The notes beneath the pieces are model-generated. The model searched no databases and had not been told where the DNA came from. It worked only from the letters and a program-made list of their open reading frames with translations. A stretch of 54,866 nucleotides of DNA from Candidatus Rokuibacteriota bacterium (GTDB lineage Bacteria; JAUVQV01; DATDCY01), in assembly GCA_031406795.1 (NCBI GenBank), contig JANOHV010000053.1:1-54866 (forward strand), in the 5' to 3' direction. Shown here in pieces: positions 19,779-29,571 of this stretch (position 1 is the stretch's first letter; the number at the start of each line of letters is the position of its first letter). Both the position numbers and the translations under genes were made by a program.

Positions 19779-20318
19779 CTACCAGCGGCGCGGGCGGCCG
19801 ACGTCCAGGTGGACGAAACCCGTGCGCGGGTAGTAGCCGACCCCGCCGACGGACAGCGAGAGGGCCGCGTCGCGGACCTGGCGCAGCGGGCGGTTCTCGA
19901 AGCAGATGTCCACGGCTTCCCCGGTGAGATGCAGGCTGCGCTCGGCCACCTGTCCGGGGCTCTCCTCGCGCAGCATCGCGTTAGTTGCGGCTGAGCGGAA
20001 GCCGGAGATCACCTGCACCGGAGCGGGGCCATTCAGGGACACGGTCACCGCGAAGACCAGGTCGATGAGCCGCGGGTCTATCCGCCGGCTCTCCCCCGTG
20101 CGGTGGTCGCGAAGCAGGCTGTCGATCTGCTCGAGCGCCGCGGGGACGTACGCCCCGCGTTCCCAGTAACACGCGTCGAGCCGCTCGTCCGTGTGCAGGT
20201 TGTGGAAGGCGACCCTGCGGAACTCCCGCTTCGGCGCGCGCGTGGCTCCCGCCAAGCCGGGGAAGAGGAACGAAGCGGTCCCCCACGCGGCAAGGGCAAG
20301 AAAACGGCGGCGGCTCAC
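19779..20318 (-). CDS. YcbK/MepK-like (DUF882, peptidase M15) Tat-exported endopeptidase
   Basis: SRRRFL Tat motif, NLHT.E, LRDHR, ISGFRS, SLH..G.AVD, GGVGYYP..GFVHLDVG. Confidence 0.88.
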   Translation of the reverse strand: MSRRRFLALAAWGTASFLFPGLAGATRAPKREFRRVAFHNLHTDERLDACYWERGAYVPAALEQIDSLLRDHRTGESRRIDPRLIDLVFAVTVSLNGPAPVQVISGFRSAATNAMLREESPGQVAERSLHLTGEAVDICFENRPLRQVRDAALSLSVGGVGYYPRTGFVHLDVGRPRRW

Positions 20319-20503
20319 GGGCGCCACCCGCGCGGGGCATCGCCCCGTCGAACCGTGCTGCGGCGAACGGTATCCCGATCCATGGTGGTGCAATATACGC
20401 CCCCTGCGGCGTTCCGGCCACCGTTTTTCGGCAGGTTGCACCGGGAAGTCCCGGCGCAACGGCGAAGTCTCACGCCGCAGGTGCGTTTTGCTGCGGAGTC
20501 TGC

Positions 20504-22174
20504 CTACCGGATCGCGAGCGGTTGCGCAAGCGACTCGAGCAGCGCGGCATCCCGCCCGTAGAGGTCTTCGCGCAGTTGCAGCGCGCCGTCGCGATCGACC
20601 CAGGCCGTCCAGGAGAGCAGGTAGACCGGCAGCGGCTCGGGGAGCCGGAGGTTGACGGGTGATCCGGCCGCGATCGTCTCCTCGATCCGCGCGCGCGGCC
20701 ACGCCGGGTCGGCGGCGAGGAGCCGCTCGGCGAGGTCGAGTGCCCGTTCGACACGGATGCATCCGGAACTGAAGGCCCGCTCGGCGCGTGCGAAGAGCCC
20801 GTGCGACGGCGTGTCGTGCAGGTAGATGTCGTGCCGGTTCGGGCTCTGGAACTTGATGCGGCCGAGGGCGTTGTTCGGCCCGGGGTCCTGGCGCAGCCGG
20901 TACGGGAAGTGGGACTTGGAGAGGCGCGTCCAATCGACGTCGGCGGGATCGATCTCGCGCCACTCCTCTCCCGAGGCGGCGAAGACCTTGAAGCCGTGGT
21001 CCTCGAGGAAGTAAGGGTCATCGAGGATCAGCGGCAGCTTGTCCTCGATTGCGATCTTCAACGGGACCGTCCAGGTGGGGTTGATCAGGATGCCCGTGAT
21101 CTCGCCGGTGAAGAAAGGGGTGCGCCGCGCCAGGCGTCCGGCGATGACGCGCATCTCGAGCGCCGGCGCCTGCGGTTCGGTCAGCGCGAGGCTGAAATCG
21201 GCGATGTTCACCACCAGGTGGCGCGGGCCGAGGTCCCGGGGGAGCCAGCGCAGCCGTTCGAGATTGGCCTCGATCTGGCGTGCGCGCTGGAGCGCCGGAG
21301 TATTCAGCTGCGCCAGCGATTGCCGCCCGGCGATCCCATCGGGTTCCAGGCCGTGCCGCGTTTGAAATCGCCGGAGCGCGTCCGCGAGCGGGCCGTCGAA
21401 GAGTTCGCCGCGCGCATCGACGCCGGGAGCGAGTTCGCCGGTGGCGGCGAGGCGCCGGCGCAGCGCCGCCACCCGGGGGCTGCGGTCGCCTTCACGCATC
21501 GTCGGTCCCCCGGGGATGAGCGGCCAACCTCCCGCGGCGGCGATTGCCCGCTGGGAGGCGAGCGCCTCACGCAGACGGCGGTAGTCGGCGCGCACCGGCG
21601 GCAGGGCGCCGAGTGTGGCGGCGAGGTGGCCCTGCTCGAGCGCGGTGGTGAGCAGGAAGACCAGGTCGCGCCCCCGGCCGGTGATGTTCCACTCGGGTTC
21701 GACGGCCTCCGGGCGCGTGCGCCCCGATGTCTGGTGCGCGGCGTAGAGGAAGAAGGCGTCCGTGAGGAGCAGGTCGAGGTCGAACGCATCGCCGCTGACT
21801 GCGAAGTCCGCCGCGGCGCTGCCCCCGTCGTTTGCCGGCCGGAGCCGCGCGAGCAGGGTTTCGATTGCCGCGAGATGGTAATCGGCGGGGCGAAGCCCCT
21901 CGCGATCGGCGGTTCGCAGCGCGGACAACAAGGCCTCGACCTGGGGCGAGAGCGTTGCCGCGTCGCTCCAGACCGGACGCTGCCCGCGACCGCCATAGAA
22001 TCGACGAAGATCCTCGCGGCTCAGGAGAGGCTCGCCGGCAGCGGTACCCGACGCAAGCCGTGCCGCGATCCCCGGGGACTCCGGGCCGGGCGGCGCGTGG
22101 AACTCGGCCTGCGCCGCAGCGGCCGCGACGAAGAGGTAGACCGCGAATCCGAGCCGAAACAGGATCGACGCCAT
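20504..22174 (-). CDS. L,D-transpeptidase YcbB/LdtD family
   Basis: FQ.RHGL..DG PG-binding domain, NLERLRW, NALGRIKF, IYLHDTP, AFSSGCIRV. Confidence 0.92.
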   Translation of the reverse strand: MASILFRLGFAVYLFVAAAAAQAEFHAPPGPESPGIAARLASGTAAGEPLLSREDLRRFYGGRGQRPVWSDAATLSPQVEALLSALRTADREGLRPADYHLAAIETLLARLRPANDGGSAAADFAVSGDAFDLDLLLTDAFFLYAAHQTSGRTRPEAVEPEWNITGRGRDLVFLLTTALEQGHLAATLGALPPVRADYRRLREALASQRAIAAAGGWPLIPGGPTMREGDRSPRVAALRRRLAATGELAPGVDARGELFDGPLADALRRFQTRHGLEPDGIAGRQSLAQLNTPALQRARQIEANLERLRWLPRDLGPRHLVVNIADFSLALTEPQAPALEMRVIAGRLARRTPFFTGEITGILINPTWTVPLKIAIEDKLPLILDDPYFLEDHGFKVFAASGEEWREIDPADVDWTRLSKSHFPYRLRQDPGPNNALGRIKFQSPNRHDIYLHDTPSHGLFARAERAFSSGCIRVERALDLAERLLAADPAWPRARIEETIAAGSPVNLRLPEPLPVYLLSWTAWVDRDGALQLREDLYGRDAALLESLAQPLAIR

Positions 22175-22232
22175 ATACCGAGATGGTGGTGGTTCGAAAA
22201 GGCGATGTCAATGAAGGATCTCATGCGGGGGG

Positions 22233-22390
22233 CAATCCTTCAGTGAGGGGTAGCGAAATCAGTACCGTTCGCCCTGAGCTTGTCGAAGGGAGCTTGTGGA
22301 TAGGACAAATTTCCGTTCATGGTTCGACCGTTCGTCAAGCTCACGGCTCACCACGAACGGAAAGAGTTTCCGCGCTTCACTGAAGGATTA
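22233..22390 (+). mobile_element. About 158-bp MITE (family A), copy 1
   Basis: TIRs AATCCTTCAGTGA / TCACTGAAGGATT; near-identical copies at 38900 and 45087. Confidence 0.85.
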
Positions 22391-22599
22391 CTGCGGGTGC
22401 CCTCTGCGTCGGCCGCTGCGCTGGCCGGGGGCCAGCGGCTCGTTGACATTCACGGAGCATCATCGGAGAATTGGCGCCAGGTATCGTCAAACTGCATAGC
22501 GCAAGGCTCTTCGGGCGCTGCTTGCCGGGCAACGCGAGCGAAGGATTTCCGGCCCGGGTTGCCTCATTGCGAGCGTTGGGAGATTGCGCCTGATCGGCA

Positions 22600-24888
22600 G
22601 TGACGTCCAATGAGCAAAGCGCGCGAAGTCCCGAGGTGGTCGTGAGCGGGGGACGTCACCCGCGGTTTTTCCCGGCGGCCGCCGTCGTCGGGCTTCTGGG
22701 CCTGGTCGGCTTTGTCTGCGACCTCGCCCCGCCGGTCCGCCGTCTGGAGGAATCCGTCGGCCTCGGCCTGCTCTTCAGGGCGCGGGGTTTGCGCCGACCC
22801 CCGCCCGACGTGGTGGTCATCGGTATCGACGCTGCCGCCGCCCGGCGCCTGAACCAGTCGGAACGACCGGACAAGTGGCCGCGCGAGCTGCACGCGCGTC
22901 TGCTCGAGCGCCTTGCGGAAGCGGGAGCGGCGGCCGTCGCTTTCGATCTGACTTTCGATCAGCCGCAGCCGGGGGAGTCGGACCGGATCTTCGCGGACGC
23001 GATCCGGAAGTCCGGAAACGTCGTGATCTGCGAAAATCTGCGCCAGCAGAATCTGTCGTTCGCGCTCGCGGGCGGTGCGAGCGTCGTGCGCATTGAAACC
23101 GCGACTCCCCCGATCCCGCCCCTGGCCGAGGTCGCGGCGACCGCCCCTTTCCCTTTGCCCAAGTCTCCGTCCCGCGTGAGCCGGTACTGGAAGTTCAAGA
23201 GCGGCGCCGGCGACCAGCCCACGTTGCCCGTGGTGCTCTTCGCTCTTCATGCGCGGCCGGTTCGTGCCGGCTTCCTCGCCCTGCTGGAGGAAGTCGACCC
23301 CGAGGCGGCGTCCCGCCTTGCCGCAGCGTCCGGGGACGCCTCGACAGCCCCGGGCGTCGCACGCAGCGTCCGGGCGATGCGCAACTTGGCGCTTGGCGAC
23401 CCGTCCCTCCCGCGCAGGATGATCGCGCGATTGCAACGCAATGGCCGCGGTCTGCCGGAGCGGGAGCAACTGCTGCTGGGATCTCTGGTGAAACTCTATC
23501 TCGACGACGACGCTCCCTATCTCGATTTCTTCGGCCCCGCGGGGACGCTGACCACGGTCCCTTACGACGCCGTCCTCGCTGGCACTGCCGGGGCCGGGGG
23601 CGAGTTCCGCGGCAAGGCGGTTTTCGTCGGCCTCTCGGAGATGGCCCGCGTGGAACAGCGCGACAGCTTCGTAACCGTGTTCTCGCGGGCGGACGGCATC
23701 GATCTCAACGGCGTGGAGATCGCCGCGACGGCTTTCGCCAACCTGCTGGAAGATCGTCCGGTTCGCCAACTCGACCAGCGGCTGCGGCTGACTGTGCTGT
23801 TCGTCTGGGCAGGGGTCGCCGGGGCGATCTGCAGCTTTCTGTCGCCGACAGCCGCCGCGGGCCTGGTCGCGGCGCTGTCCGCGGCCTGGTTTGCCCTCGC
23901 CGCCGCGTGGTTCGGCTCCGCCGCCGTCTGGGTTCCGCTGGTCGTGCCCCTGCTCATTCAGTCGCCCCTCGCCTGGCTCGGCACCTTGTCGTGGCGCTAC
24001 ATCGAGGAGAAGCGCGGCCGCCGCGCGCTCGAGCGGGCGTTCGGCTACTACCTTCCCGCCCCGGTTGTCGCGCGGCTCGCGGCGCAGATCCGCGAGCCGG
24101 GTGGCGATAGCAGCACCGTCTACAGCGTTTGCCTCTTCACCGACGTCGCCCGGTACACCGGGCTCGCGGAGACGATGGAGCCGGACCGGCTGCGCGATCT
24201 CATGAACGATTACTTCGGAATCCTCTCCGCGAAAGTCGCGGAGCACGGCGGCAGAATCTCCGACCTCGTCGGCGACTCGATGCTCGCAGTCTGGGTCTCG
24301 CCCCACGCGGACGCCGCGCTCACCGCGAACGCCTGCCGGGCGGCCGCGGCCATCGACGCCGCGGTCAACCGCGCCGGGCCGTCCGCGCCGCGCCCCGCGC
24401 TCGCGACCCGCATCGGCGTCCACGCCGGCTACGTCTCGCTCGGGGATGTTGGCGCGGGCGGGCACTTCGAGTACACTCCCATCGGGGACATCGTGAACAC
24501 GGCTTCACGGGTCGAAGGCTTGAACAAGAAGCTCGGCACCAGCGTCCTGGTTTCCGCCGAGTTGAAAAATGGGTGCGAGGGGTTCCTGACCCGGGAACTC
24601 GGCTCGTTCCTTCTGTCCGGCAAGAGCAGGCCCGTGGAGGTTTTCGAGTTGCTCGGTCCCCGGGGCGAGGGCACTGCCAGCCGGCAGTTGCTCTGCACCG
24701 CCTTCGAGGCAGGCTTGCCGGCCTTTCGCCGCGCACAGTGGAGCGCGGCCGCTGGGTACTTCCGGCGCTGTCTCGAGATCGACGGTGAGGACGGCGCCTC
24801 CCGGCTCTACCTCGCGCTCTGCGACGAGTACCTGCTCAAGCCGCCGGCGGGCGGCTGGAAAGGCACGGTGCGTATCGATGAGAAATAG
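22600..24888 (+). CDS. CHASE2-domain class III nucleotidyl cyclase with C-terminal TPR-like tail
   Basis: DVVVIGID, WPR..HA.L, AFDL.F CHASE2 motifs; 3 TMs; LFTDV, GDS, RIGVHAG, GDIVNTASRVEG; start approximate. Confidence 0.9.
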   Translation: MTSNEQSARSPEVVVSGGRHPRFFPAAAVVGLLGLVGFVCDLAPPVRRLEESVGLGLLFRARGLRRPPPDVVVIGIDAAAARRLNQSERPDKWPRELHARLLERLAEAGAAAVAFDLTFDQPQPGESDRIFADAIRKSGNVVICENLRQQNLSFALAGGASVVRIETATPPIPPLAEVAATAPFPLPKSPSRVSRYWKFKSGAGDQPTLPVVLFALHARPVRAGFLALLEEVDPEAASRLAAASGDASTAPGVARSVRAMRNLALGDPSLPRRMIARLQRNGRGLPEREQLLLGSLVKLYLDDDAPYLDFFGPAGTLTTVPYDAVLAGTAGAGGEFRGKAVFVGLSEMARVEQRDSFVTVFSRADGIDLNGVEIAATAFANLLEDRPVRQLDQRLRLTVLFVWAGVAGAICSFLSPTAAAGLVAALSAAWFALAAAWFGSAAVWVPLVVPLLIQSPLAWLGTLSWRYIEEKRGRRALERAFGYYLPAPVVARLAAQIREPGGDSSTVYSVCLFTDVARYTGLAETMEPDRLRDLMNDYFGILSAKVAEHGGRISDLVGDSMLAVWVSPHADAALTANACRAAAAIDAAVNRAGPSAPRPALATRIGVHAGYVSLGDVGAGGHFEYTPIGDIVNTASRVEGLNKKLGTSVLVSAELKNGCEGFLTRELGSFLLSGKSRPVEVFELLGPRGEGTASRQLLCTAFEAGLPAFRRAQWSAAAGYFRRCLEIDGEDGASRLYLALCDEYLLKPPAGGWKGTVRIDEK

Positions 24889-27800
24889 GCGACCATTATC
24901 GGGAGGCGCCGGGGCTGCGTCGCTGCTCTGCACGGCGGTGCTTGCCGCCACCCTGTTCGCGGGGGCGCCGCAGGCCGCTGCCGCCGCGACGGCTTGGGTG
25001 GCACGCCTGGCTTCCGCGGAGGGGACGGTCGAGGTTCGGCGCGGGGACGCTGCGCCGTGGACGGCCGTGCAGGCCGGCGACCTCGTCTTCGCGGAAGACG
25101 TCGTGCGGGTCGGCGAGACCGGCCGGGCGGCGCTGCTGCTCCCCGACGGCAACGTGCTGCGCATCGACCGGAAGTCCGCGGTGCGCTTCTCGGCCCCCGC
25201 AGACCGGAAGCGTTCGCTTCTCGGCCTGCTCAACGGCGTCGTCTACTTCCTGTCCAACATCCCCCGGAGCCTGACCGTCGTCACGCCGTTCGTGAACGCC
25301 TCGGTCGAAGGCACGGAGTTCCTGGTCCGCGTCGGCGACGAGGAGACCGCGCTCACGGTCTTCGAAGGCCGCGTGGTCGCCGCGAACGAGAGCGGCTCCG
25401 TCGGGCTCACCGCAGGCCAGTCGGCGCGGGCGATGCGGGGCGCGGCGCCTCAGCCGGTGATCGTGGTCCGACCTCGCGACGCGGTGCAGTGGGCGCTGTA
25501 CTACCCCCCGCTGGTCGGTCACGGCCCCGAAGAACTGGCCACCGTCGAGCATCCGACGTGGGGACCTGCCGTGCGCGCATCCCGCGAGGCCTTCGCCCGC
25601 GGCGACTCCGTCGCGGCGTTTGCCGCTTTGGCCGATCTGCCGGCGGCCCTGCCCGACGCCGGCCTTCGGACCTACCGCGGCGGTCTGCTTCTCGCGACGG
25701 GGAGGGTCGAGGAGGCCCGCCGCGAGCTGGCGTCGGCGCTGGACCTCGCACCCGGCTTCAGTCCTGCCCTCTCGTTGCAGGCGGTGATCGCCGTCGCGAC
25801 CAACGAACCGGCCGAAGCGCTTCGCCTTGCCCGGGCCGCCACCGCGGGCGCTCCCGGCGCGGCGGTCCCGCTCATTGCCCTCTCGTACGCCAGACAGGCT
25901 GTATTCGATCTGCAGGGGGCCGCGGAGAGCCTCGAGCACGCCGTCGCCGCGAGCCCCCGGAACGCACTCGCCTGGGCGCGGCTCGCCGAACTCCGGCTCT
26001 TCCTCGGGGAGCGCGAACGTGCGCTTGCCGCCGCCCAGACAGCCACGGGCCTGGCCGCCGACCTCGAGCGGACCTGGTCCGTACTCGGGTTCGTCCACCT
26101 CGCGGGGCTGGACCTGCGCCGGGCGCGGGAGGCGTTCACGCGCGCCGCCGGCCTCGACGAGGGGGCGCCGCTTCCCCGTCTGGGCCTCGCGCTGACGGCT
26201 TTCCGGCGGGGCCGGCGCGCGGAGGGACTCGAGGGACTCTCCATCGCCGTCGCCCTCGACCCGAACTCCTCGCTGCTCCGCAGCTATCTCGGCAAAGCCT
26301 TCTTCGACAACAAGCGCAGCCTCCAGGCCGGGCGTCAGTTCGACGCGGCGCGCGCGCTCGACCCCCTGGACCCGACGCCCTGGTTCTACGATGCCATCCT
26401 CAAGGAGACGCTGAACCGGCCCGTGCAGGCGCTCGAAGCGTTGCAGCGCTCGCTCGAACTGAACGACAACCGCGCTGTCCACCGCTCGCGGCTGCTCCTC
26501 GACGAAGACCTCGCCGCGCGCAGTTCCGGGCTGGGCCGGATCTATCGAGATCTCGGCTTCGGTCATCTGGCGCTCGCCGAGGGGTGGCGCTCCCTGGCCT
26601 TCGACCCCGCCGACTTCACCGCCCACCGCCTCCTTGCCGACACCTACGGCGCCCTGCCGCGCCACGAGACCACCCGCTTGAGCGAGCTGCTCCAGTCGCA
26701 ACTCCTCTCCCCGGAGAGCGTCACGCCGGTGCAGCCCCGGCTGGCCGAGGGGGATCTCGCCGTCCTCGAAGGGACCGGGCCGTCCGGGATCGGCGCGAGC
26801 GAGTTCAATCCCCTTTTCAACGGGGACCGCATCGCCCTGCAGCTCAGCGGGGTGGCGGGGGGCAACGACACCGCCGGCGCCGAGGCGGTCCTCGGTGGCC
26901 TGCGGGGGGATCTCTCCTTCAGCGGCGGCGCGTACCGCCACCGCACCGATGGTTATCGCGAGAACAACGACATCGACGAGAGCATCGGCAACCTGTTCCT
27001 GCAGTATCGACTCACCCCGGACACGAGCGTGCAAGCGGAGGGGCGGATCTTCACGACGGAGAAGGGGGACCGGCCTTTGCGCTTCAACCAGGGGGATTAC
27101 GCCCCGGAGCTTCGGCAGCAGACGCGAAGCGAGACGCTGCGTTTCGGGCTTCACCATGCCGCGTCGCCCCGGAACGACACGGTGGTCTCGCTCGTGCTGC
27201 GCCGCGAGCGCGATGAGATCTCCTTCTCTCCCGCACCCGCCGACTCGGCCGACTCGGCGATGGACGGCTACCTCGTCGAGGTCCAGCAGATCTTCCGCGC
27301 CCCCGCGCTGAACCTCGTCGCAGGGGCGGGGTACGCGGGCGCGGATCGCGAAGAAGGCTTTGCCGGTGGCGAGCCGACCGCCGACGCGATCAGTCATTTC
27401 AACGCCTATCTCTATCCCACGCTCCAGCTGCGCCGGGAGCTCTTCCTGACCGCCGGCCTCGCCCTGGACGCGATCCAGGGCGCGATCGCCGACCGCACCG
27501 TCGTCAGCCCGAAGATCGGCCTGGTCTGGAGTCCCGCGCCGGGCACCTCGCTGCGGGCCGCTGCGTTCCGGGTCCTGAACCGGACGCTGCTCTCGAACCA
27601 GACGGTCGAACCGACCGGCGTCGCCGGGTTCAGCCAGTTCCGCGACGAGAGCGAAGGCACCGACGCCTGGCGCGTCGGCGTCGGCGCCGACCACCACTTC
27701 GGCAGGTCGGTCTTCGTCGGGGCCGAAGGCTCCCGGCGCCAACTGGAGGTCCCCTGGTTCAGTCTTGATGAAACCGGCACCGTCGAGTGGAGCGAGGACT

Positions 27801-28231
27801 CCGCCCGGGCCTACCTGTACTGGGCGGCGCATCCATGGCTTTCGTTGAGCGCGGAGTGGTTCTTCGAGCGGCTCGAGCGGGGGAGCGAGTTCGTCGGCGA
27901 GGAGATGCTGACCGATCTGCGGACGTCCCGGGTGCCTCTCGGCCTCCACCTGGCGCATCCCGGCGGCCCGCGCCTCGGCGTCACCGCGACCTACGTCGAT
28001 CAGACGGGAAATTTCGGCGACCCGGTGGGCGGCCTCGTCACCGAAGGCGGCGACTCCTTCTGGGTCGTCGACGCGAGCGTCGGTTACCGGCTCCCGCGGC
28101 GGTTAGGTTTCGCGTCGGTCGCGGTGAACAATCTATTCGACGCGGGGTTTCGCTACCAGGAGACCGATCCGGGTTCGTCGCACGTCGCGCCGGAGCGGGT
28201 GTTCAGCATCAGGCTCACGCTGACGTTCTGA
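24878..28231 (+). CDS. FecR + TPR + beta-barrel (TonB-dependent receptor-like) outer-membrane protein
   Basis: FecR motif VVTPFVNASVEGTEF, TPR repeats, amphipathic beta strands, C-terminal Phe (RLTLTF). Confidence 0.85.
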   Translation: MRNRRPLSGGAGAASLLCTAVLAATLFAGAPQAAAAATAWVARLASAEGTVEVRRGDAAPWTAVQAGDLVFAEDVVRVGETGRAALLLPDGNVLRIDRKSAVRFSAPADRKRSLLGLLNGVVYFLSNIPRSLTVVTPFVNASVEGTEFLVRVGDEETALTVFEGRVVAANESGSVGLTAGQSARAMRGAAPQPVIVVRPRDAVQWALYYPPLVGHGPEELATVEHPTWGPAVRASREAFARGDSVAAFAALADLPAALPDAGLRTYRGGLLLATGRVEEARRELASALDLAPGFSPALSLQAVIAVATNEPAEALRLARAATAGAPGAAVPLIALSYARQAVFDLQGAAESLEHAVAASPRNALAWARLAELRLFLGERERALAAAQTATGLAADLERTWSVLGFVHLAGLDLRRAREAFTRAAGLDEGAPLPRLGLALTAFRRGRRAEGLEGLSIAVALDPNSSLLRSYLGKAFFDNKRSLQAGRQFDAARALDPLDPTPWFYDAILKETLNRPVQALEALQRSLELNDNRAVHRSRLLLDEDLAARSSGLGRIYRDLGFGHLALAEGWRSLAFDPADFTAHRLLADTYGALPRHETTRLSELLQSQLLSPESVTPVQPRLAEGDLAVLEGTGPSGIGASEFNPLFNGDRIALQLSGVAGGNDTAGAEAVLGGLRGDLSFSGGAYRHRTDGYRENNDIDESIGNLFLQYRLTPDTSVQAEGRIFTTEKGDRPLRFNQGDYAPELRQQTRSETLRFGLHHAASPRNDTVVSLVLRRERDEISFSPAPADSADSAMDGYLVEVQQIFRAPALNLVAGAGYAGADREEGFAGGEPTADAISHFNAYLYPTLQLRRELFLTAGLALDAIQGAIADRTVVSPKIGLVWSPAPGTSLRAAAFRVLNRTLLSNQTVEPTGVAGFSQFRDESEGTDAWRVGVGADHHFGRSVFVGAEGSRRQLEVPWFSLDETGTVEWSEDSARAYLYWAAHPWLSLSAEWFFERLERGSEFVGEEMLTDLRTSRVPLGLHLAHPGGPRLGVTATYVDQTGNFGDPVGGLVTEGGDSFWVVDASVGYRLPRRLGFASVAVNNLFDAGFRYQETDPGSSHVAPERVFSIRLTLTF

Positions 28232-28356
28232 CGCAGCGTATCGCCGGGCGGGGAGGTGATGCCGAGGGGAGAACGGACGGCGGCGCGGCGGCCGGCAGTC
28301 CTGGGACGCCGGGCCGGGGCAGACGGATGCAATCACGTCACGAGGGGGGAACAGTC

Positions 28357-28590
28357 ATGTCGGTGAAGATTCAGATCCACCTCGAGTATTCCGAAGAAGG
28401 TGTCATGAAGGCCGTCGTCAAGGACGGGGAGGGCAAACCGCTTCGTCCCATGGATGCCGCCGGTTTTCCGGCCGCGATCAGCGGCAAGAAAGTTGTCAGC
28501 ATCGAAAACTGGCTGATCGCCTTCGCCCACGCCAGCCCGGGGTGTATCTACTTTAGAATGGGCGGGAAGTATTATCGGCAGTGCTCCTGA
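28357..28590 (+). CDS. Small hypothetical protein (77 aa) with C-terminal SPGC-x12-C motif
   Basis: GAGGGGGG RBS 7 nt before ATG; follows the receptor gene. Confidence 0.65.
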   Translation: MSVKIQIHLEYSEEGVMKAVVKDGEGKPLRPMDAAGFPAAISGKKVVSIENWLIAFAHASPGCIYFRMGGKYYRQCS

Positions 28591-28790
28591 TCGCGCCGTG
28601 ATCGGGCGGCGGCACCTGGATGGCATCTCGCTCTTCCGGGGCAGGCCCGCGCGGTGTCTGGCGGAGATTCGCGAGAAAGCGACGCACTCCAGGCACCCCG
28701 CGGGCGCCGTTGTTGACAGTCACGCGACGCTGGTCGAAGATCGCAGGCGGGAGTTGCGACAGTCGACAACCAACGAGGAGGAGGAGCGAC

Positions 28791-29327
28791 ATGATACCGA
28801 AGCGGGTGCGCGACGAGATGAACGAGCAGATCAAGCATGAACTTGAGTCGTATTACATCTACCTCTCGATGGTCGCCTGGTTCCACACGCACAATCTGGA
28901 CGGCATGGCCCACTGGATGCGCGCGCAGGCCCACGAGGAGATGATCCACGCGATGAAGTTCTTCGACCACATCATCGAACGCGGCGGAACCGTTGAACTG
29001 CTGCCGTTGAAGCAGCTCAAGACGGCGTGGAATTCCCCGCTGGAGGCCTGGAAGGACGCGTACGCCCACGAGCAGTTCGTCTCGGATCGCATCCGGACAA
29101 TCACGAAAGTGGTGCGCGAGGAGATGGACTACACCGCCGAGCCGCTGTGCGCCTGGTTCAACAACGAGCAGATCGAGGAGGAGTCGAACACCGCGAAGGG
29201 GGTCGCCGGCTTGGAAATGGTCGGGGAAAACCGGCAAGGCCTGCTGATGCTCGATCGCGAGATGGGGGCGCGCGTCTTCCCGCCGGGGTCGCCGCTGGAC
29301 CCGGCCGCCTACAACGTCGCGACCTGA
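28791..29327 (+). CDS. ftn: Non-heme ferritin
   Basis: NEQIKHELES.YIYLSM, QA.EE..HA.K, WF..EQIEEE ferroxidase motifs; GGAGG RBS. Confidence 0.92.
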   Translation: MIPKRVRDEMNEQIKHELESYYIYLSMVAWFHTHNLDGMAHWMRAQAHEEMIHAMKFFDHIIERGGTVELLPLKQLKTAWNSPLEAWKDAYAHEQFVSDRIRTITKVVREEMDYTAEPLCAWFNNEQIEEESNTAKGVAGLEMVGENRQGLLMLDREMGARVFPPGSPLDPAAYNVAT

Positions 29328-29395
29328 ACGCGTCCCGGACGATATCTGAAGGGGCAGCATGCAGGAAGGGTTCGTTCCCGCGCCGGCCGACTCAT

Positions 29396-29551
29396 GGGTG
29401 AGCGTAGGGGAGGGGTTCATCCCCGGGTGTGGGCGTAGGGGAGGAGTTCATCCCCAGGTGTGGGCGTAGGGGAGGGTTCATCCCCAGGTGTGAGCGTAGA
29501 GGAGGGGTTCATCCTCGGGTGTGAGCGTAGGGGAGGGGTTCATCCCCTCCC
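29396..29551. repeat. Tandem array of five about 31-bp REP-derived units
   Basis: GGTGTGRGCGTAGGGGAGGGGTTCATCCCCR repeated head to tail. Confidence 0.88.
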
Positions 29552-29571
29552 GTGCCGCAGATGAGCCCTTT

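Noticed and set aside
22296-22603. Short ORFs beginning MDRTNFRSWFDRSSSS / MVRPFVKLTAHH, which recur near 38971 and 45158
   Set aside because: They are translations of MITE family A copies, not genes
29396-29551. CRISPR array
   Set aside because: Head-to-tail 31-bp repeats without spacers
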